DNA of 63,768 nt from Gammaproteobacteria bacterium (GCA_041569645.1 JBFFXR010000001.1:1-63768), one strand, 5' to 3'. Positions 20,365 to 31,200 are shown, counted from the stretch's first letter. The notes: generated by a model not told the origin, from the letters alone. Program-made: numbers and translations.

Positions 20365-21153
20365 TCAGCCGGCAGCGACGACCTGCAGAATCAGGCGCGC
20401 CAGGATGCCGGTACCGACCACGATCAGCAGCGCCGCGATGAAGCGGCGCAGCTCGGCACCCGGCAAGCGATGAATCGCGAACGCGCCGGCCAGTACGCCG
20501 ACGGCGATGATCGCGGCGAGCGCGAGCGCGAGACCAAAATCGAGATTGCCGGTGAGCCAGTTGCCGAGGCTCGCGAATGCCGCGATTGGGATCTGGATCA
20601 CCATGCCGAGACCGACCGCGATCAGCACCGGCAAGCCGAGAAAAATCGCGATCGGCACCATGATCAGCGGCCCGCCGGTGCCGGTCAGCGCCGAGCCGAA
20701 CCCGGTCACGAATCCGAGCGCGACTAGCAGGCCCGGACCCGGCAAGCGCGGCGGCGCCGGCGCCGGCTTGCGAAAAGTTTTGACCAGCGCATCGACCCCG
20801 GCGAGGATCATCAGCAGCGCGACCAGCGCCATGATCAGCCCGCCCGGAATCCACGGCAGCGCCAGCGCGCCGGCGAACGCGGCCGGCACCGCGCCGGCGC
20901 ACAGCCACGCGGCGAGATCGGTCCGAATCGAGCCGTGGCGCGCGTAGACCAACGAACCGACGATTCCGGCGGCGACGAAACTCAGCCTGCACACCGGCAC
21001 CGCGGTATGCACGTCGATTCCACCGAGATACACCAGCGCCGGCAGCAGCAAAACGCCGCCAATGCCGATCGCACCGATCAGCAGGCCGACGATGAAACAG
21101 ATCACAGCAAGAACAATCGACACGTCTGTAGCCCCGGCGGCACGGCGGATCAT
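20365..21153 (-). CDS. TauE/SafE (TSUP) family anion exporter
   Basis: Multi-TM protein with GIGGVLLLPAL and GTGGPLIMVP repeats. I chose the ATG at 21153, which follows AGGAG; the track's start at 21192 is a TTG. Confidence 0.8.
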   Translation of the reverse strand: MIRRAAGATDVSIVLAVICFIVGLLIGAIGIGGVLLLPALVYLGGIDVHTAVPVCRLSFVAAGIVGSLVYARHGSIRTDLAAWLCAGAVPAAFAGALALPWIPGGLIMALVALLMILAGVDALVKTFRKPAPAPPRLPGPGLLVALGFVTGFGSALTGTGGPLIMVPIAIFLGLPVLIAVGLGMVIQIPIAAFASLGNWLTGNLDFGLALALAAIIAVGVLAGAFAIHRLPGAELRRFIAALLIVVGTGILARLILQVVAAG

Positions 21154-21230
21154 CGACTCCTGCGTGACTCGCGTGGCCGCGTCGCCGGACAATGTACCAC
21201 AGCCGCGATTCCTGCTACCTTTGGGAAATT

Positions 21231-21722
21231 ATGATCGGCTGGACGCATCGCCTGTTCAACGCCCTCGTCGCGCTCGCCATCGTGCAAACCGTCTTTTACT
21301 ACCCGCAAATGCCTGACGTCGTCGCGTCGCATTGGGACGGGCTCGGCGCGCCCAATGGCTGGTCCGGGCGCAGCGCTTTCTTCGGTCTCTACCTCGCGAT
21401 GATCGCGTTGCTGGTCGTGGTCTTTGTCTACTCGCCGAAGTGGACCGAGCGCCAGCCGCGCTTCGGCATGAAAATCCCGCATGCGGAGTACTGGCTCGCG
21501 CCCGAACGCATCGAACATACGCGCCACTTCATCCGCTTGCAGATGCGCCTGATCGGTATCGTACACCTGCTGCTCGCAATCTCGGTCATGCAGCTCGCGA
21601 TCCAGGCGAACTTCGACGATCCGCCGCGCCTGCACTCGAGTATCGCCTGGGCGCTGGTGATTTACTTCGTTGCCCTGATTGGCTGGCTGATCCATTTCTT
21701 CCGCCACTTCCGCCGACCATGA
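21231..21722 (+). CDS. DUF1648-domain membrane protein
   Basis: The pattern [21 protein letters not shown] is typical of DUF1648/SdpI-like N-termini, and there are four hydrophobic segments. The start could alternatively be the ATG at 21192. Confidence 0.65.
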   Translation: MIGWTHRLFNALVALAIVQTVFYYPQMPDVVASHWDGLGAPNGWSGRSAFFGLYLAMIALLVVVFVYSPKWTERQPRFGMKIPHAEYWLAPERIEHTRHFIRLQMRLIGIVHLLLAISVMQLAIQANFDDPPRLHSSIAWALVIYFVALIGWLIHFFRHFRRP

Positions 21723-22750
21723 GAAGCACTCGCCTCATTCACATCGTCGAGTGCCACGCCGAGGGCGAGGTCGGCAACGTCATCGTCGCCGGCGTCGCGC
21801 CGCCGCCGGGCGAAACCCTGTGGCAACAATCTCGCTGGCTCGACCGTGATGGCGAGCTGCGCAACTTCGTCTTAAACGAGCCGCGCGGCGGCGTGTTCAA
21901 GCACGTCAACCTGCTGCTGCCGGCCCGGCACCCGGACGCGGCCTGGGGCTTCATCATCATGGAGCCGGAACACACCCCGCCAATGTCGGGTTCGAACTCG
22001 ATCTGCGTTGCGACCGTACTGCTCGACAGCGGTCTCGTCGAAATGCGCGAACCGCTTACCGAGTTCATGCTCGAGGCGCCGGGCGGGCTGGTCAAGGTTC
22101 GGGCCCGCTGCGCCGACGGCAAGGCGCAGAGCATCGAAATCGAAAACGTCGCGTCCTTCGCCGACCAGCTCGGCGCGGCGCTCGAAGTCGAGGGTCTCGG
22201 CAGCCTGACGGTTGATACCGCCTACGGCGGCGACAGCTTCGTCATCGTCGACGCGGCCGCGCTCGGTTTCGAGATTCGTCCCGACGAAGCCGCCGATCTG
22301 GCCGCGACCGGCGCGCGCATTACCGCCGCGGCCAACGAGCAGCTCGGGTTTGCGCATCCCGAAAACGCCGACTGGGCGCATATTTCGTTTTGCCAGCTCG
22401 CCGCGCCGCTCGGTGACGAAGCCGGTATTCCGGTCAGCCGCAACGCGGTCGCGATCGATCCGGGCAAGCTCGACCGTTCGCCCTGCGGCACCGGCTGCTC
22501 GGCGCGCATGGCGGTACTGCACGCGCGCGGCAAACTGCGCGTCGGCGATCGCCTGATCGGTCGCTCGATTATCGATTCACGTTTCGACTGCCGCGTCGAC
22601 CGCGAGACGCGCCTCGGCGAGCGGCCGGCGATCGTGCCCACGATTCGCGGCCGCGCGTGGATCACCGGCACGCATCAATTGATGCTCGATCCGGACGATC
22701 CCTGGCCGACCGGTTACCGGGTCGCCGACACCTGGCCGCTCAGGCGATAA
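21719..22750 (+). CDS. proline racemase / hydroxyproline epimerase-dehydratase family enzyme
   Basis: The ATG overlaps the preceding stop (ATGA). [17 protein letters not shown] and DRSPCGTG motifs are present, but the first catalytic position reads MSGSNS (Ser, not Cys). Confidence 0.85.
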   Translation: MRSTRLIHIVECHAEGEVGNVIVAGVAPPPGETLWQQSRWLDRDGELRNFVLNEPRGGVFKHVNLLLPARHPDAAWGFIIMEPEHTPPMSGSNSICVATVLLDSGLVEMREPLTEFMLEAPGGLVKVRARCADGKAQSIEIENVASFADQLGAALEVEGLGSLTVDTAYGGDSFVIVDAAALGFEIRPDEAADLAATGARITAAANEQLGFAHPENADWAHISFCQLAAPLGDEAGIPVSRNAVAIDPGKLDRSPCGTGCSARMAVLHARGKLRVGDRLIGRSIIDSRFDCRVDRETRLGERPAIVPTIRGRAWITGTHQLMLDPDDPWPTGYRVADTWPLRR

Positions 22751-23954
22751 TCCCGTCGCCGCGCAGCGCCGTAATCCTCGCACCATCCAGGCCGAGTAAT
22801 TCAGCGAGCACTTCGTCGGTATGTGCGCCGAGCAGCGGCGGCGCGCGCTCGTATTCGACCGGCGTTTGCGAAAGCCGAATCGGGCAGGCCACGCTCGCGA
22901 CGCTGCCCGCGCTCGGGTGTTCGAGCTCGAGTTCGAGACCCCGGTGCCGGACCTGCGGATCGGCGAAGACTTCGTCGATATTGTTGATCGGACCGCAAGG
23001 GATACCGCGCGCGTGGAGCCCGTCGAGCCAGTCCGCGCTAGCGCGCTCGCGCATGACCGCGGCAATCCACTCGAGCAGTTCGACGCGATTTTGCACGCGA
23101 TCGCGATTGCGCAGAAAGCGCGCATCGTCGGCCAGTTCCGGCCGCCCGGCGAGTTCGCAAAAGCGGCGGAACTGCGCATCGTTGCCGACCGCGAGGATGA
23201 TGTAGCCGTCGCGCGTCCGAAACGCCTGGTAGGGCACGATGTTCGGATGCGCGTTGCCATAGCGCGGCGGGTTCGCGCGGGTCGCGAGATAATTCATCGC
23301 CTGGCTGGCGAGCGTCGCGACCTGCACGTCGAGCAGCGCCATGTCGATGTACTGGCCCTCGCCGCCGCGCTCGCGGTGCAGCAGCGCGGCCTGGATCGCG
23401 TTGGCGGCGTACAGCCCGGTCAGGATGTCGGCCAGCGCGACGCCCGATTTCATCGGTTCGCCGTCGATTTCGCCGGTCACGCTCATGATGCCGCCCATTG
23501 CCTGGATCATGAAATCGTAGCCGGCGCGCGCGGCGTAGGGCCCGTCCTGGCCGAAGCCGGTGATCGAACAGTAGATCAGCGCCGGGTTTACTGCCTTGAG
23601 GCTGGCATAGTCGAGGCCGTATCTGGCCAGGCCGCCGACCTTGAAATTTTCGACCAGCACGTCGCTGGCACTCGCGAGTTCGCGCACCAGCCGCTGACCT
23701 TCGGCCTGCGCGATATCGATCGCGATCGAGCGCTTGCCACGATTGGCGGCGTGAAAATAAGCCGCCTCGGTGGTTGGCTCGCCCGCTTCGTCGAGCATGA
23801 ACGGCGGCCCCCAGCCGCGCGTGTCGTCGCCGCTGCCGGGGCGCTCGACCTTGATGACATCGGCACCCAGATCGGCCAGCAGCTGGCTCGCCCAGGGCCC
23901 GGCGAGAATCCGGCTCAGGTCGAGAACGCGGTAACCGGCGAGCGGGCCTGGCAT
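22740..23954 (-). CDS. CaiB/BaiF family III CoA-transferase
   Basis: The N-terminus [33 protein letters not shown] is characteristic. It lies immediately downstream of gcdH, as with glutarate CoA-transferases in pseudomonads. Confidence 0.88.
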   Translation of the reverse strand: MPGPLAGYRVLDLSRILAGPWASQLLADLGADVIKVERPGSGDDTRGWGPPFMLDEAGEPTTEAAYFHAANRGKRSIAIDIAQAEGQRLVRELASASDVLVENFKVGGLARYGLDYASLKAVNPALIYCSITGFGQDGPYAARAGYDFMIQAMGGIMSVTGEIDGEPMKSGVALADILTGLYAANAIQAALLHRERGGEGQYIDMALLDVQVATLASQAMNYLATRANPPRYGNAHPNIVPYQAFRTRDGYIILAVGNDAQFRRFCELAGRPELADDARFLRNRDRVQNRVELLEWIAAVMRERASADWLDGLHARGIPCGPINNIDEVFADPQVRHRGLELELEHPSAGSVASVACPIRLSQTPVEYERAPPLLGAHTDEVLAELLGLDGARITALRGDGIIA

Positions 23955-23966
23955 CGGTCGCGCGGG

Positions 23967-25151
23967 CTAGTTGAACGCCTGGATGCCGGTCTGCGCGCGG
24001 CCGAGGATCAACGCGTGGATGTCGTGCGTGCCCTCGTAGGTGTTGACCGCCTCGAGGTTCATCACGTGGCGGATGACGTGAAACTCATCGGCGACGCCGT
24101 TACCGCCGTGCATGTCGCGCGCGACGCGCGCAATGTCGAGCGCCTTGCCGCAATTATTGCGCTTCATCAGCGATACCAACTCCACCGGGCAGTTGCCGGC
24201 GTCCATCAGCTGTCCCATGCGCAGGCAGCCCTGCAGGCCGAGCGTAATCTCGGTTTGCATGTCGGCGAGCTTTTTTTGCACCAGCTGCGTCGCCGCCAGC
24301 GGGCGGCCGAACTGGCTGCGGTCGAGGGTGTAGCGACGCGCGGCGTGCCAGCAGAATTCGGCTGCACCCATCGTGCCCCAGGCGATACCGTAGCGCGCGC
24401 GGTTGAGGCAACCGAACGGTCCCTTGAGTCCCTCGACGCCGGGCAACAGGTTTTCCTCCGGCACGAACACGTCCTGCATCGCGATCTCGCCGGTCACCGA
24501 CGCGCGTAACGAAAACTTGCCCTCGATCTTGGGCGTCGACAGGCCGTCCATGCCGCGTTCGAGGATGAAACCGCGAATCACGCCGTCGAGCTTGGCCCAG
24601 ACGACCATGACATCGGCGATCGGCGAGTTCGTGATCCACATCTTCGCGCCTTTCAGCCGGTAACCGCCGTCGACCGCGGTCGCGGTGGTCTTCATGCTGC
24701 CCGGATCCGAGCCCGCGTCGGGCTCGGTCAGGCCGAAACAACCGACGAGTTCGCCGGTCGCGAGTCGCGGCAGGTATTTCTGCCGTTGATCCTCGCTGCC
24801 GTAGGCGTAGATCGGGTGCATGACCAGCGACGACTGCACGCTCATCGCCGAGCGGTAGCCGGAATCGACGCGCTCGACCTCGCGCGCGACGAGACCGTAG
24901 GCCGTGTAGCTCGCGCCGGCGCAGCCGTAATCCTCAGGTAGCGTCGCGCCGAGCAGGCCGAGTTCGCCGAATTCGTGCATGATTTCGCGATCGAATTTCT
25001 CCTCGCGATTGGCCTCGAGCACGCGCGGCATCAGCCGCGCCTGGCAATACTCGCGCGCGGCGTCGCGTATCAGGCGCTCGTCGTCGCCGAGCTGCTGTTC
25101 GAAAAACATCGGATCCTGCCAGTCGAACGAAGTGCGTTTGCTTTGCGTCAT
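23967..25151 (-). CDS. gcdH: glutaryl-CoA dehydrogenase
   Basis: Acyl-CoA dehydrogenase fold of 394 aa with a GcdH-like N-terminus ([13 protein letters not shown]) and [14 protein letters not shown]. Confidence 0.9.
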   Translation of the reverse strand: MTQSKRTSFDWQDPMFFEQQLGDDERLIRDAAREYCQARLMPRVLEANREEKFDREIMHEFGELGLLGATLPEDYGCAGASYTAYGLVAREVERVDSGYRSAMSVQSSLVMHPIYAYGSEDQRQKYLPRLATGELVGCFGLTEPDAGSDPGSMKTTATAVDGGYRLKGAKMWITNSPIADVMVVWAKLDGVIRGFILERGMDGLSTPKIEGKFSLRASVTGEIAMQDVFVPEENLLPGVEGLKGPFGCLNRARYGIAWGTMGAAEFCWHAARRYTLDRSQFGRPLAATQLVQKKLADMQTEITLGLQGCLRMGQLMDAGNCPVELVSLMKRNNCGKALDIARVARDMHGGNGVADEFHVIRHVMNLEAVNTYEGTHDIHALILGRAQTGIQAFN

Positions 25152-25222
25152 GGTCTTGCTCGTCGAATATCGTGATCAGATTCTATCGGGACCGCGGCCG
25201 AATTCCAGCCCCGCGGTGGAAT

Positions 25223-26539
25223 TTAATCGCCCTCGCCGGCGCGTGGCCCGCGACGGTCGAAAAACTGCAGCGCCAGCGTGGCGTAGCTGTAATAGGCGGC
25301 ACGCACGCCCGACCACTTTTCCCGGTACAGCGCTTCGATCGGAAACGGAAATTCGTCGCGGTTGCCGCTGGCGATGGTAGCCGCCAGGTGTACGCCCATC
25401 ACGGTGCCGGTACCGATGCCGCGACCGTTGTAGCCGGCCGGGGCGAACACGCCGGGCGCGAGCAGCTGGACGCGCAAAACCTTGCTCGAGGTTACGCCGA
25501 TCTGTCCGCTCCAGGCGAATTCCCAGTCGATGTCGCGGGTCTGCGGGTAGAGCCGGTTGCGCATGCGCGTCATCCAGTCCTGGCGGATCGGGCGCTGGAA
25601 TCCCTGCAGGCTGCCGGCGCTGCTCATGACCAGGCGGCCGTTCGCGTCGACCCGCGACGAGGTCATCAGGGCTTGCGTATCCCACAGGCCGTGTCGCGCG
25701 GGGATGATCGCCGCGGCCAGCGCATCGTCCAGCGGCGGGGTCGCACACTGGAAAATGAATACCGGCAGCGTCGATTCGCGCACCCCGGCGCTGCTCGCGT
25801 CGGCGTAGGCATTGGTCGCGAGAATCACCTGTTCGGCCTCGACCTCGCCGTGCGCAGTTTGCGCGAGCCAGCGATTGCCGCGGCGGGTCAGCGACTCGAT
25901 CGCCGAGCGCGCGTACACGCGGGCGCCGCGGGCGAGCGCGGCGCCGGCCAGCGCGCGCGCGTAGGAGAGCGGCTGTATCGTGCCGGCACTCGGATCGAGA
26001 ATCCCGCCGAAATGGTAGAGCGGCGAACCGGACAGCGCGCGGGATCGCGCGCTGTCGATCAACTCGACTCTGGCGCCGAGCGCCTCGAGCTGGCGGCAGC
26101 GGTCTTCGAGATAGTCCATCGCCGCGGCGCAGTGCGCGAGGTTGATCGTGCCGACGCGGCGCGCGTCGCAATCGAGCCGGTGGCGTTCGACGAGCTCGAA
26201 CACCAGCGCCGGCGAATCGCGCAAGGCGAGATTGAAGCGTTCGCCGGCAGCCTCGCCGAGTACCCGGCGGACGTGGTCGGGATTTCGCCAGATGCCGGCG
26301 TTGACGAGGCCGGCGTTGCGTCCCGATCCGCCGTAGCCGACGCAACGGGCTTCGAGCAAAACGACATCGATTCCGCGCTCGGCGAGATGCAGCGCGCTGG
26401 ACAGTCCGGTGTAGCCGCCGCCGACGACCAGCACGTCGGTCTTGAGCGCTTCCTCCAGCCGTTCGGTGACCGGGTCGGCAATTGCCGTATCGGTCCACAG
26501 CGAACGTTCGCCAGGGTCCTGGGGCAGTGGATCGGTCAT
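25223..26539 (-). CDS. FAD-dependent oxidoreductase (DAO family; gamma-glutamylputrescine-oxidase-like)
   Basis: Rossmann motif VLVVGGGYTGLSSALHLAERG; 438 aa. Confidence 0.85.
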   Translation of the reverse strand: MTDPLPQDPGERSLWTDTAIADPVTERLEEALKTDVLVVGGGYTGLSSALHLAERGIDVVLLEARCVGYGGSGRNAGLVNAGIWRNPDHVRRVLGEAAGERFNLALRDSPALVFELVERHRLDCDARRVGTINLAHCAAAMDYLEDRCRQLEALGARVELIDSARSRALSGSPLYHFGGILDPSAGTIQPLSYARALAGAALARGARVYARSAIESLTRRGNRWLAQTAHGEVEAEQVILATNAYADASSAGVRESTLPVFIFQCATPPLDDALAAAIIPARHGLWDTQALMTSSRVDANGRLVMSSAGSLQGFQRPIRQDWMTRMRNRLYPQTRDIDWEFAWSGQIGVTSSKVLRVQLLAPGVFAPAGYNGRGIGTGTVMGVHLAATIASGNRDEFPFPIEALYREKWSGVRAAYYSYATLALQFFDRRGPRAGEGD

Positions 26540-26663
26540 TTGTTCACGCGTCCGGATCGACGCCGAAATTTTGCGCGATCCGCCGATTTATTGCTAGCCA
26601 TGGTCGTCGAAATCGATAAAAATCGGGTCCCGGCAAAGCCCTCGCGAGGCCGGCAACAAGACC

Positions 26664-28100
26664 ATGTCCGAACCACCGTTGTGCTATCTCAGCGCCGCCG
26701 AGGCGCGCAATCGCTTCGCCGACCGCAGCCTGTCGCCGGTCGAGTTGATGCAGGCCGTAATCGCGCGAAGCGAGGCGGTCGAGCCGGCGATCAACGCATT
26801 CACCGAAACCTGGTTCGATGACGCGCTGGCCGCCGCGCGCGCGGCCGAGGCGCGCTACGCCGACGGCAGCGCGCGGCCGCTCGAGGGCATCCCGCTCGCG
26901 GTCAAGGACGAGTTTCGCGTCGCCGGCAAACGCCGGACTTCGGCGTCGCTGGTCTACCGCGACCGCGTCGACCAAACCAGCGACGTGCTGATTCAGCGTC
27001 TGCTCGACGCCGGCGCGATCGTCCACGCCAAGACCACGACGCCCGAATTTTGCCTGCTCGGTTCCTGCCATTCGCGCCTGTGGGGCATCACCCGCAACCC
27101 GTGGAATCTCGATATCACGCCGGGCGGCTCGTCCGGCGGCTCCGGCGCGGCGCTCGCGGCCGGTGCGGCGACGCTCGCGACCGGCACCGATATCGGCGGC
27201 TCGATCCGCATTCCGGCGGCATTATGCGGTATCGTCGGGTACAAGCCGCCGTACGGCCGCAATCCCGAGATCCCGGTGTTCAATCTCGATTCCTACAGTC
27301 ATTCCGGCCCGATGGCGCGCCGCGTCGCCGACGTCATCGCGATGCAAAACATCATATCCGGGCTCGACCCGCGCGACATCGCGACGCTGCGCGAACGCGT
27401 CGTGATCGACCCGGCGGTACCGCCGGACCTGGCCGGCTGGAAAATCTGTTACTCGATGGATCTCGGTTTCATGCGAGTCGATCAGGGCGTGCGCCGCAAT
27501 ACCGCGGCGGCACTCGACATCCTGCGCGGCCTCGGCGCGACCGTCGACGAGGTGGACCTCGGCTGGGATGAGTCGATCATCGATGCCGCGCACGCGCACT
27601 GGGCGCAGGGCTGGGCCGCGTCGATGGATCCGCTGCTCGACGCACACCGCGACGAGTTGTGCGATTACACGGTCTGGTTCATCGAAAAAGCGCGCAACTC
27701 GACCCGCGCCGACTACCTCGACGCACTCGAGACCGCGGTGCGTATGTACGATCGCTTCGGCCCGCTGATGGAGGACTACGACCTGTTCGTCTGCCCGACG
27801 CTGACGACGGCCGGCGTGCCCGCCGACAGCACCTGGCCGGAAAACGAGGTCGAAATCGATGGCGAGATTCTGCGCGTCAGCGAGGAACGCTGGTCGGCGA
27901 CCTTTCCGTTCAACATGCTGAGCCGCTGCCCGGCGCTGTCGCTGCCGAGCGGGCTTGCCGCCAACGGCGTGCCCACCGGCGTGCAGTTCGTCGCCCGCAG
28001 TTACGACGACCGGCGCGTGTTCAGCGCCGCGCTGGCTTACGAGCGCGAATTCGACGCGCCGCCCTGGCGGCTCGATTCCCGTATCACCCGAGGAGATTGA
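26664..28100 (+). CDS. amidase-signature family amidase
   Basis: GGSSGGSGAALAAG signature, a catalytic Lys context (IPLAVKDEF) and GTDIGGSIRIPA. Confidence 0.9.
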   Translation: MSEPPLCYLSAAEARNRFADRSLSPVELMQAVIARSEAVEPAINAFTETWFDDALAAARAAEARYADGSARPLEGIPLAVKDEFRVAGKRRTSASLVYRDRVDQTSDVLIQRLLDAGAIVHAKTTTPEFCLLGSCHSRLWGITRNPWNLDITPGGSSGGSGAALAAGAATLATGTDIGGSIRIPAALCGIVGYKPPYGRNPEIPVFNLDSYSHSGPMARRVADVIAMQNIISGLDPRDIATLRERVVIDPAVPPDLAGWKICYSMDLGFMRVDQGVRRNTAAALDILRGLGATVDEVDLGWDESIIDAAHAHWAQGWAASMDPLLDAHRDELCDYTVWFIEKARNSTRADYLDALETAVRMYDRFGPLMEDYDLFVCPTLTTAGVPADSTWPENEVEIDGEILRVSEERWSATFPFNMLSRCPALSLPSGLAANGVPTGVQFVARSYDDRRVFSAALAYEREFDAPPWRLDSRITRGD

Positions 28101-28102
28101 CC

Positions 28103-29134
28103 ATGCTTACCGTTTTCAGCGAGCAGCACGCTTTGCGCGACGCCAGGACCGAACTCTACGGCGGCGAACTGGTGCCACCCTTCGAGTGCCCGGTGCGTGC
28201 CGAACATATACTGGAGCGTGTGCGCGAGGTCGGCCTCGGCGAGGTGGTCGCGCCACGCGAATTCGGCCTCGACGCCGTGATCCGGGTCCACGACGCGGAC
28301 TTCATCCGCTTTCTCGAAACCTGCTGGGACGAGTGGGTCGCCGGTGGCTTCAAGGGCGAGGCGATCGCGACCTGCTGGCCGGCCCGCGGCATGCAGCAGG
28401 AGCGCGTGCCCCGGCATATCGAGGGCAAGCTCGGTCACTACGCGCTGGCCGCCGAAACCTCGATCAGCGACGGCACCTGGGAAGCCGCGCGCGCCAGCGT
28501 CAACGTCGCGCTGAGCGCCCAGGCGGCGCTCGCCGACGGCGCCAGCGCGGCCTTCGCGCTGTGCCGCCCGCCCGGCCACCACGCCGCCAGCGATATGTTC
28601 GGCGGCTACTGCTTCATCAACAACGCCGCGGTCGCAACCCAGGCCTTCGTCGACCAGGGCGCGGCGCGCGTCGTGCTGCTCGACGTCGACTTCCATCACG
28701 GCAACGGCAGCCAGGCGATTTTTTACGCCCGCGACGACGTGCTGTTCGTATCGCTGCACGGCGACCCAAGCGAAGCCTTCCCGCATTTCCTCGGCTATGC
28801 CGACGAAACCGGTCGCGGCAAGGGCGAAGGCTTCAATCTCAACTACCCGATGGGTCCGGGCACCGATTTCGCGACCTGGGGCGCGGCGCTGGCCGACGCC
28901 TGCGACAGGATTCGCGCCTACGCTCCGGACGCGCTGGTCGTCTCCCTCGGCGTCGATACCTTCGAACGCGACCCGATCTCGTTCTTCAAGCTCACGAGCG
29001 ACGATTTCAAACGCTACGGCGCGACCATTGCCGCGCTCGGCCTGCCGACGCTGTTCGTCATGGAGGGCGGCTACGCGGTCGAGGAGATCGGTGTCAACGC
29101 GGTCAACGTGCTCGAAGGCTTCGAAGGTCGCTGA
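28103..29134 (+). CDS. histone-deacetylase-family amidohydrolase (acetylpolyamine amidohydrolase-like)
   Basis: The ATG lies 2 nt after the amidase stop. Motifs are CRPPGHHA, DVDFHHGNG and MEGGY; 343 aa. Confidence 0.88.
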   Translation: MLTVFSEQHALRDARTELYGGELVPPFECPVRAEHILERVREVGLGEVVAPREFGLDAVIRVHDADFIRFLETCWDEWVAGGFKGEAIATCWPARGMQQERVPRHIEGKLGHYALAAETSISDGTWEAARASVNVALSAQAALADGASAAFALCRPPGHHAASDMFGGYCFINNAAVATQAFVDQGAARVVLLDVDFHHGNGSQAIFYARDDVLFVSLHGDPSEAFPHFLGYADETGRGKGEGFNLNYPMGPGTDFATWGAALADACDRIRAYAPDALVVSLGVDTFERDPISFFKLTSDDFKRYGATIAALGLPTLFVMEGGYAVEEIGVNAVNVLEGFEGR

Positions 29135-29210
29135 GTAAGGCGCGACCGGCGACGTCGATGGCAGCCGGACGTAACCCGGGCGCGCGTGTTTCTGCCGCCG
29201 GCGGATCGTC

Positions 29211-30152
29211 GTGAGCGCTAATGCGCGCGGCATCGCGTGCCTGCTCGGCGCGCTCGCGTTTCTGACGATCAGCGATTCGATCATGAAGTGGCTGAGCCCG
29301 GCGCTGCCGCTCCACGAGGTTACGCTGTGGCGCGCGCTGTTCGCGCTCGGCGTGGTCGTCGTCATCGTCCGCCTCGAGGGTGGATTCGCCACGCTCAAGA
29401 CCCGCCGCCCGGTGCTGCATTTCACCCGTGGCACGATGCTCGTCATCGCCAACGTGTTCTTCTTCCTCGGTCTCGCGGCGATGCCTTTCGCCGAAGTCGT
29501 CGCGCTGTTTTTCAGCGCACCGCTGTTCATCTGCCTGCTGTCGCAACCGGTGCTCGGCGAGCGGGTCGGTGCACCGCGCTGGTGCGCAATCGGCGTCGGC
29601 CTGCTCGGCGTGCTGATCATGCTGCGCCCGGGCAGCGAGTTGTTTCGCCCGATCGCATTGCTGCCGATCGCCGCGGCGCTGTGCTACGCGGCGATGACGA
29701 TGATGACGCGCAAGCTGGGCATCGGCGAAAAAGCCGGCGCGATGACGTTTTACATCCAGCTGCCATTCATCGCCATCAGCCTGCTGATCGGGCTCGCCAT
29801 CGGCGAAGGCGGCTTCGATCGTTTCGACGATCCGGCTCTCGGTTTTTTGCTGCGCGCGTGGCGCTGGCCCGACGCCGGCGAATGGCGGTTGCTCGCGCTG
29901 TGCGGCGTCATGGTCTCGTTCGGCGGCTACCTGCTGTCGCAGGCCTACCGCCTCGGCGAAGCCTCGGTGGTCGCGCCGTTCGAATACGCGGCGATGCCCT
30001 TCGCGTTGCTGGCCGGATACTACCTGTGGGGCGACTGGCCCGACGGCGTCGCGTTCATTGGCAGCGGGCTGATCATTGCCGGTGGCCTGCTGGTACTGTA
30101 CTTCGAAAACCGCGCGCAACGCCTCGCCGCACGCCTGGCGCGCACCGAGTGA
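29211..30152 (+). CDS. DMT-superfamily (EamA-like) transporter
   Basis: GTG start. About ten hydrophobic segments form two EamA-like halves. Confidence 0.85.
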   Translation: MSANARGIACLLGALAFLTISDSIMKWLSPALPLHEVTLWRALFALGVVVVIVRLEGGFATLKTRRPVLHFTRGTMLVIANVFFFLGLAAMPFAEVVALFFSAPLFICLLSQPVLGERVGAPRWCAIGVGLLGVLIMLRPGSELFRPIALLPIAAALCYAAMTMMTRKLGIGEKAGAMTFYIQLPFIAISLLIGLAIGEGGFDRFDDPALGFLLRAWRWPDAGEWRLLALCGVMVSFGGYLLSQAYRLGEASVVAPFEYAAMPFALLAGYYLWGDWPDGVAFIGSGLIIAGGLLVLYFENRAQRLAARLARTE

Positions 30153-30241
30153 CGCCCGCTCGGCCGGTTTTTCAAATGCGCGCGACTCGGCGGCGAACTT
30201 CGGTATAATCGATCACGGCACAGACAAGCGGAGCAATCCGG

Positions 30242-30571
30242 GTGGACGCAGAACCGTTCAAAAAACGCCTCATCGAACTCAAGGCCGAATTGACCAGGCG
30301 TATCCGCTCGATCGACAAGACCATCCGTCACGAGGGCATGTCGGCCGACTGGAGCGAGCAGGCCAGCGAGCGCGAGAACGACGAGGTGCTCGAATCGCTC
30401 GGTAACAACTCCGAGCAGGAACTCGCGATGATCAAGTTCGCGCTCAAGCGCATCGACGACGGTAATTATTTCTACTGCGAGCAGTGCGGCGACGAAATCC
30501 CGTTGGCGCGTCTCGAGCTGTTGCCATTCACCGCTTACTGCGTCGACTGTGCCGAAAAAATAGAAAACTAA
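30242..30571 (+). CDS. DksA/TraR-family C4 zinc-finger protein
   Basis: GTG start with GGAG 7 nt upstream. It has a coiled-coil N-terminus and the finger CEQCGDEIPLARLELLPFTAYCVDC. Confidence 0.85.
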   Translation: MDAEPFKKRLIELKAELTRRIRSIDKTIRHEGMSADWSEQASERENDEVLESLGNNSEQELAMIKFALKRIDDGNYFYCEQCGDEIPLARLELLPFTAYCVDCAEKIEN

Positions 30572-30580
30572 GGAGGAACC

Positions 30581-30832
30581 ATGCTGATCGAAGACCACGA
30601 CCTGGTGCACGAATTTCCGGAGCACTACAAGACCATCCACCACCTGCGGCAAAACGACGAGCACTTCGCCAAGCTATACAACGAGTACGAGGAAATCGAC
30701 CACGAAGTGCATCTGATCGAGGAAGGTATCGAGAATACCTCTGACGAGTATCTCGAGGGCCGCAAACTTCGCCGCGTATACCTGAAGGACGAGCTTTACC
30801 GGATGATCCGCGAAGCCGACGCGGTCGCCTAG
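30581..30832 (+). CDS. YdcH/DUF465-family protein
   Basis: Strong SD (AAGGAGG) and the pattern HHLRQNDEHFAKLYNEYEEIDHEV, typical of DUF465. Confidence 0.85.
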   Translation: MLIEDHDLVHEFPEHYKTIHHLRQNDEHFAKLYNEYEEIDHEVHLIEEGIENTSDEYLEGRKLRRVYLKDELYRMIREADAVA

Positions 30833-31200
30833 AGAGACTTTTCCGGGGTCTCTATATAGACCGCGAGCAGGCAGCCGCGCTCGGTGTGCGAGCAGTGCTG
30901 CGTGCCCGCTTTCATCAATACCAGATCGCCCTCGCGGTAAACCGTCCCGTCGTTGTCGACGAGGTCGCCGCTGATGACGAGAAACTCCTCGTTGCAGCTA
31001 TGTTCGTGCGCGATCGTCGTCGCACCGGGTTCCATCTTGTAGACGTGAAAACCGGTGCCGAGCGGTTTGCTGCGATCGAGTTGTAACGCATAGCCGTCGT
31101 TTTCGCCCCGGTCGTTGACGAAGGGTTCGTAGTCCGCGGCATAGATATTGGCGACGATGCGTTCGCCGTCGGCGACAGGTTTCATCGGCTGCTCTCCCAT
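30829..31200 (-). CDS. cupin-domain protein
   Basis: ATG at 31200, 2 nt after the upstream gene's stop. Cupin motifs are HEHSCNEEFLVISG and GDLVLMKAGTQH. The longer track ORF runs into the dehydrogenase gene. Confidence 0.75.
   Translation of the reverse strand: MGEQPMKPVADGERIVANIYAADYEPFVNDRGENDGYALQLDRSKPLGTGFHVYKMEPGATTIAHEHSCNEEFLVISGDLVDNDGTVYREGDLVLMKAGTQHCSHTERGCLLAVYIETPEKSL

Noticed and set aside
25172-26821. A 549-aa plus-strand ORF, and ORF 28..1212 (394 aa), as candidate genes.
   Set aside because: Both are antisense to recognisable genes: the FAD oxidoreductase with a Rossmann motif, and DUF455 with di-iron motifs. Both have Arg/Gly-rich nonsense-like translations.
30201-30212. 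A perfect TATAAT hexamer (30204..30209) as a promoter for the DksA/TraR-like gene.
   Set aside because: No acceptable -35 hexamer or TG extension lies at 16- to 19-nt spacing, and a lone hexamer is not enough to call a promoter.
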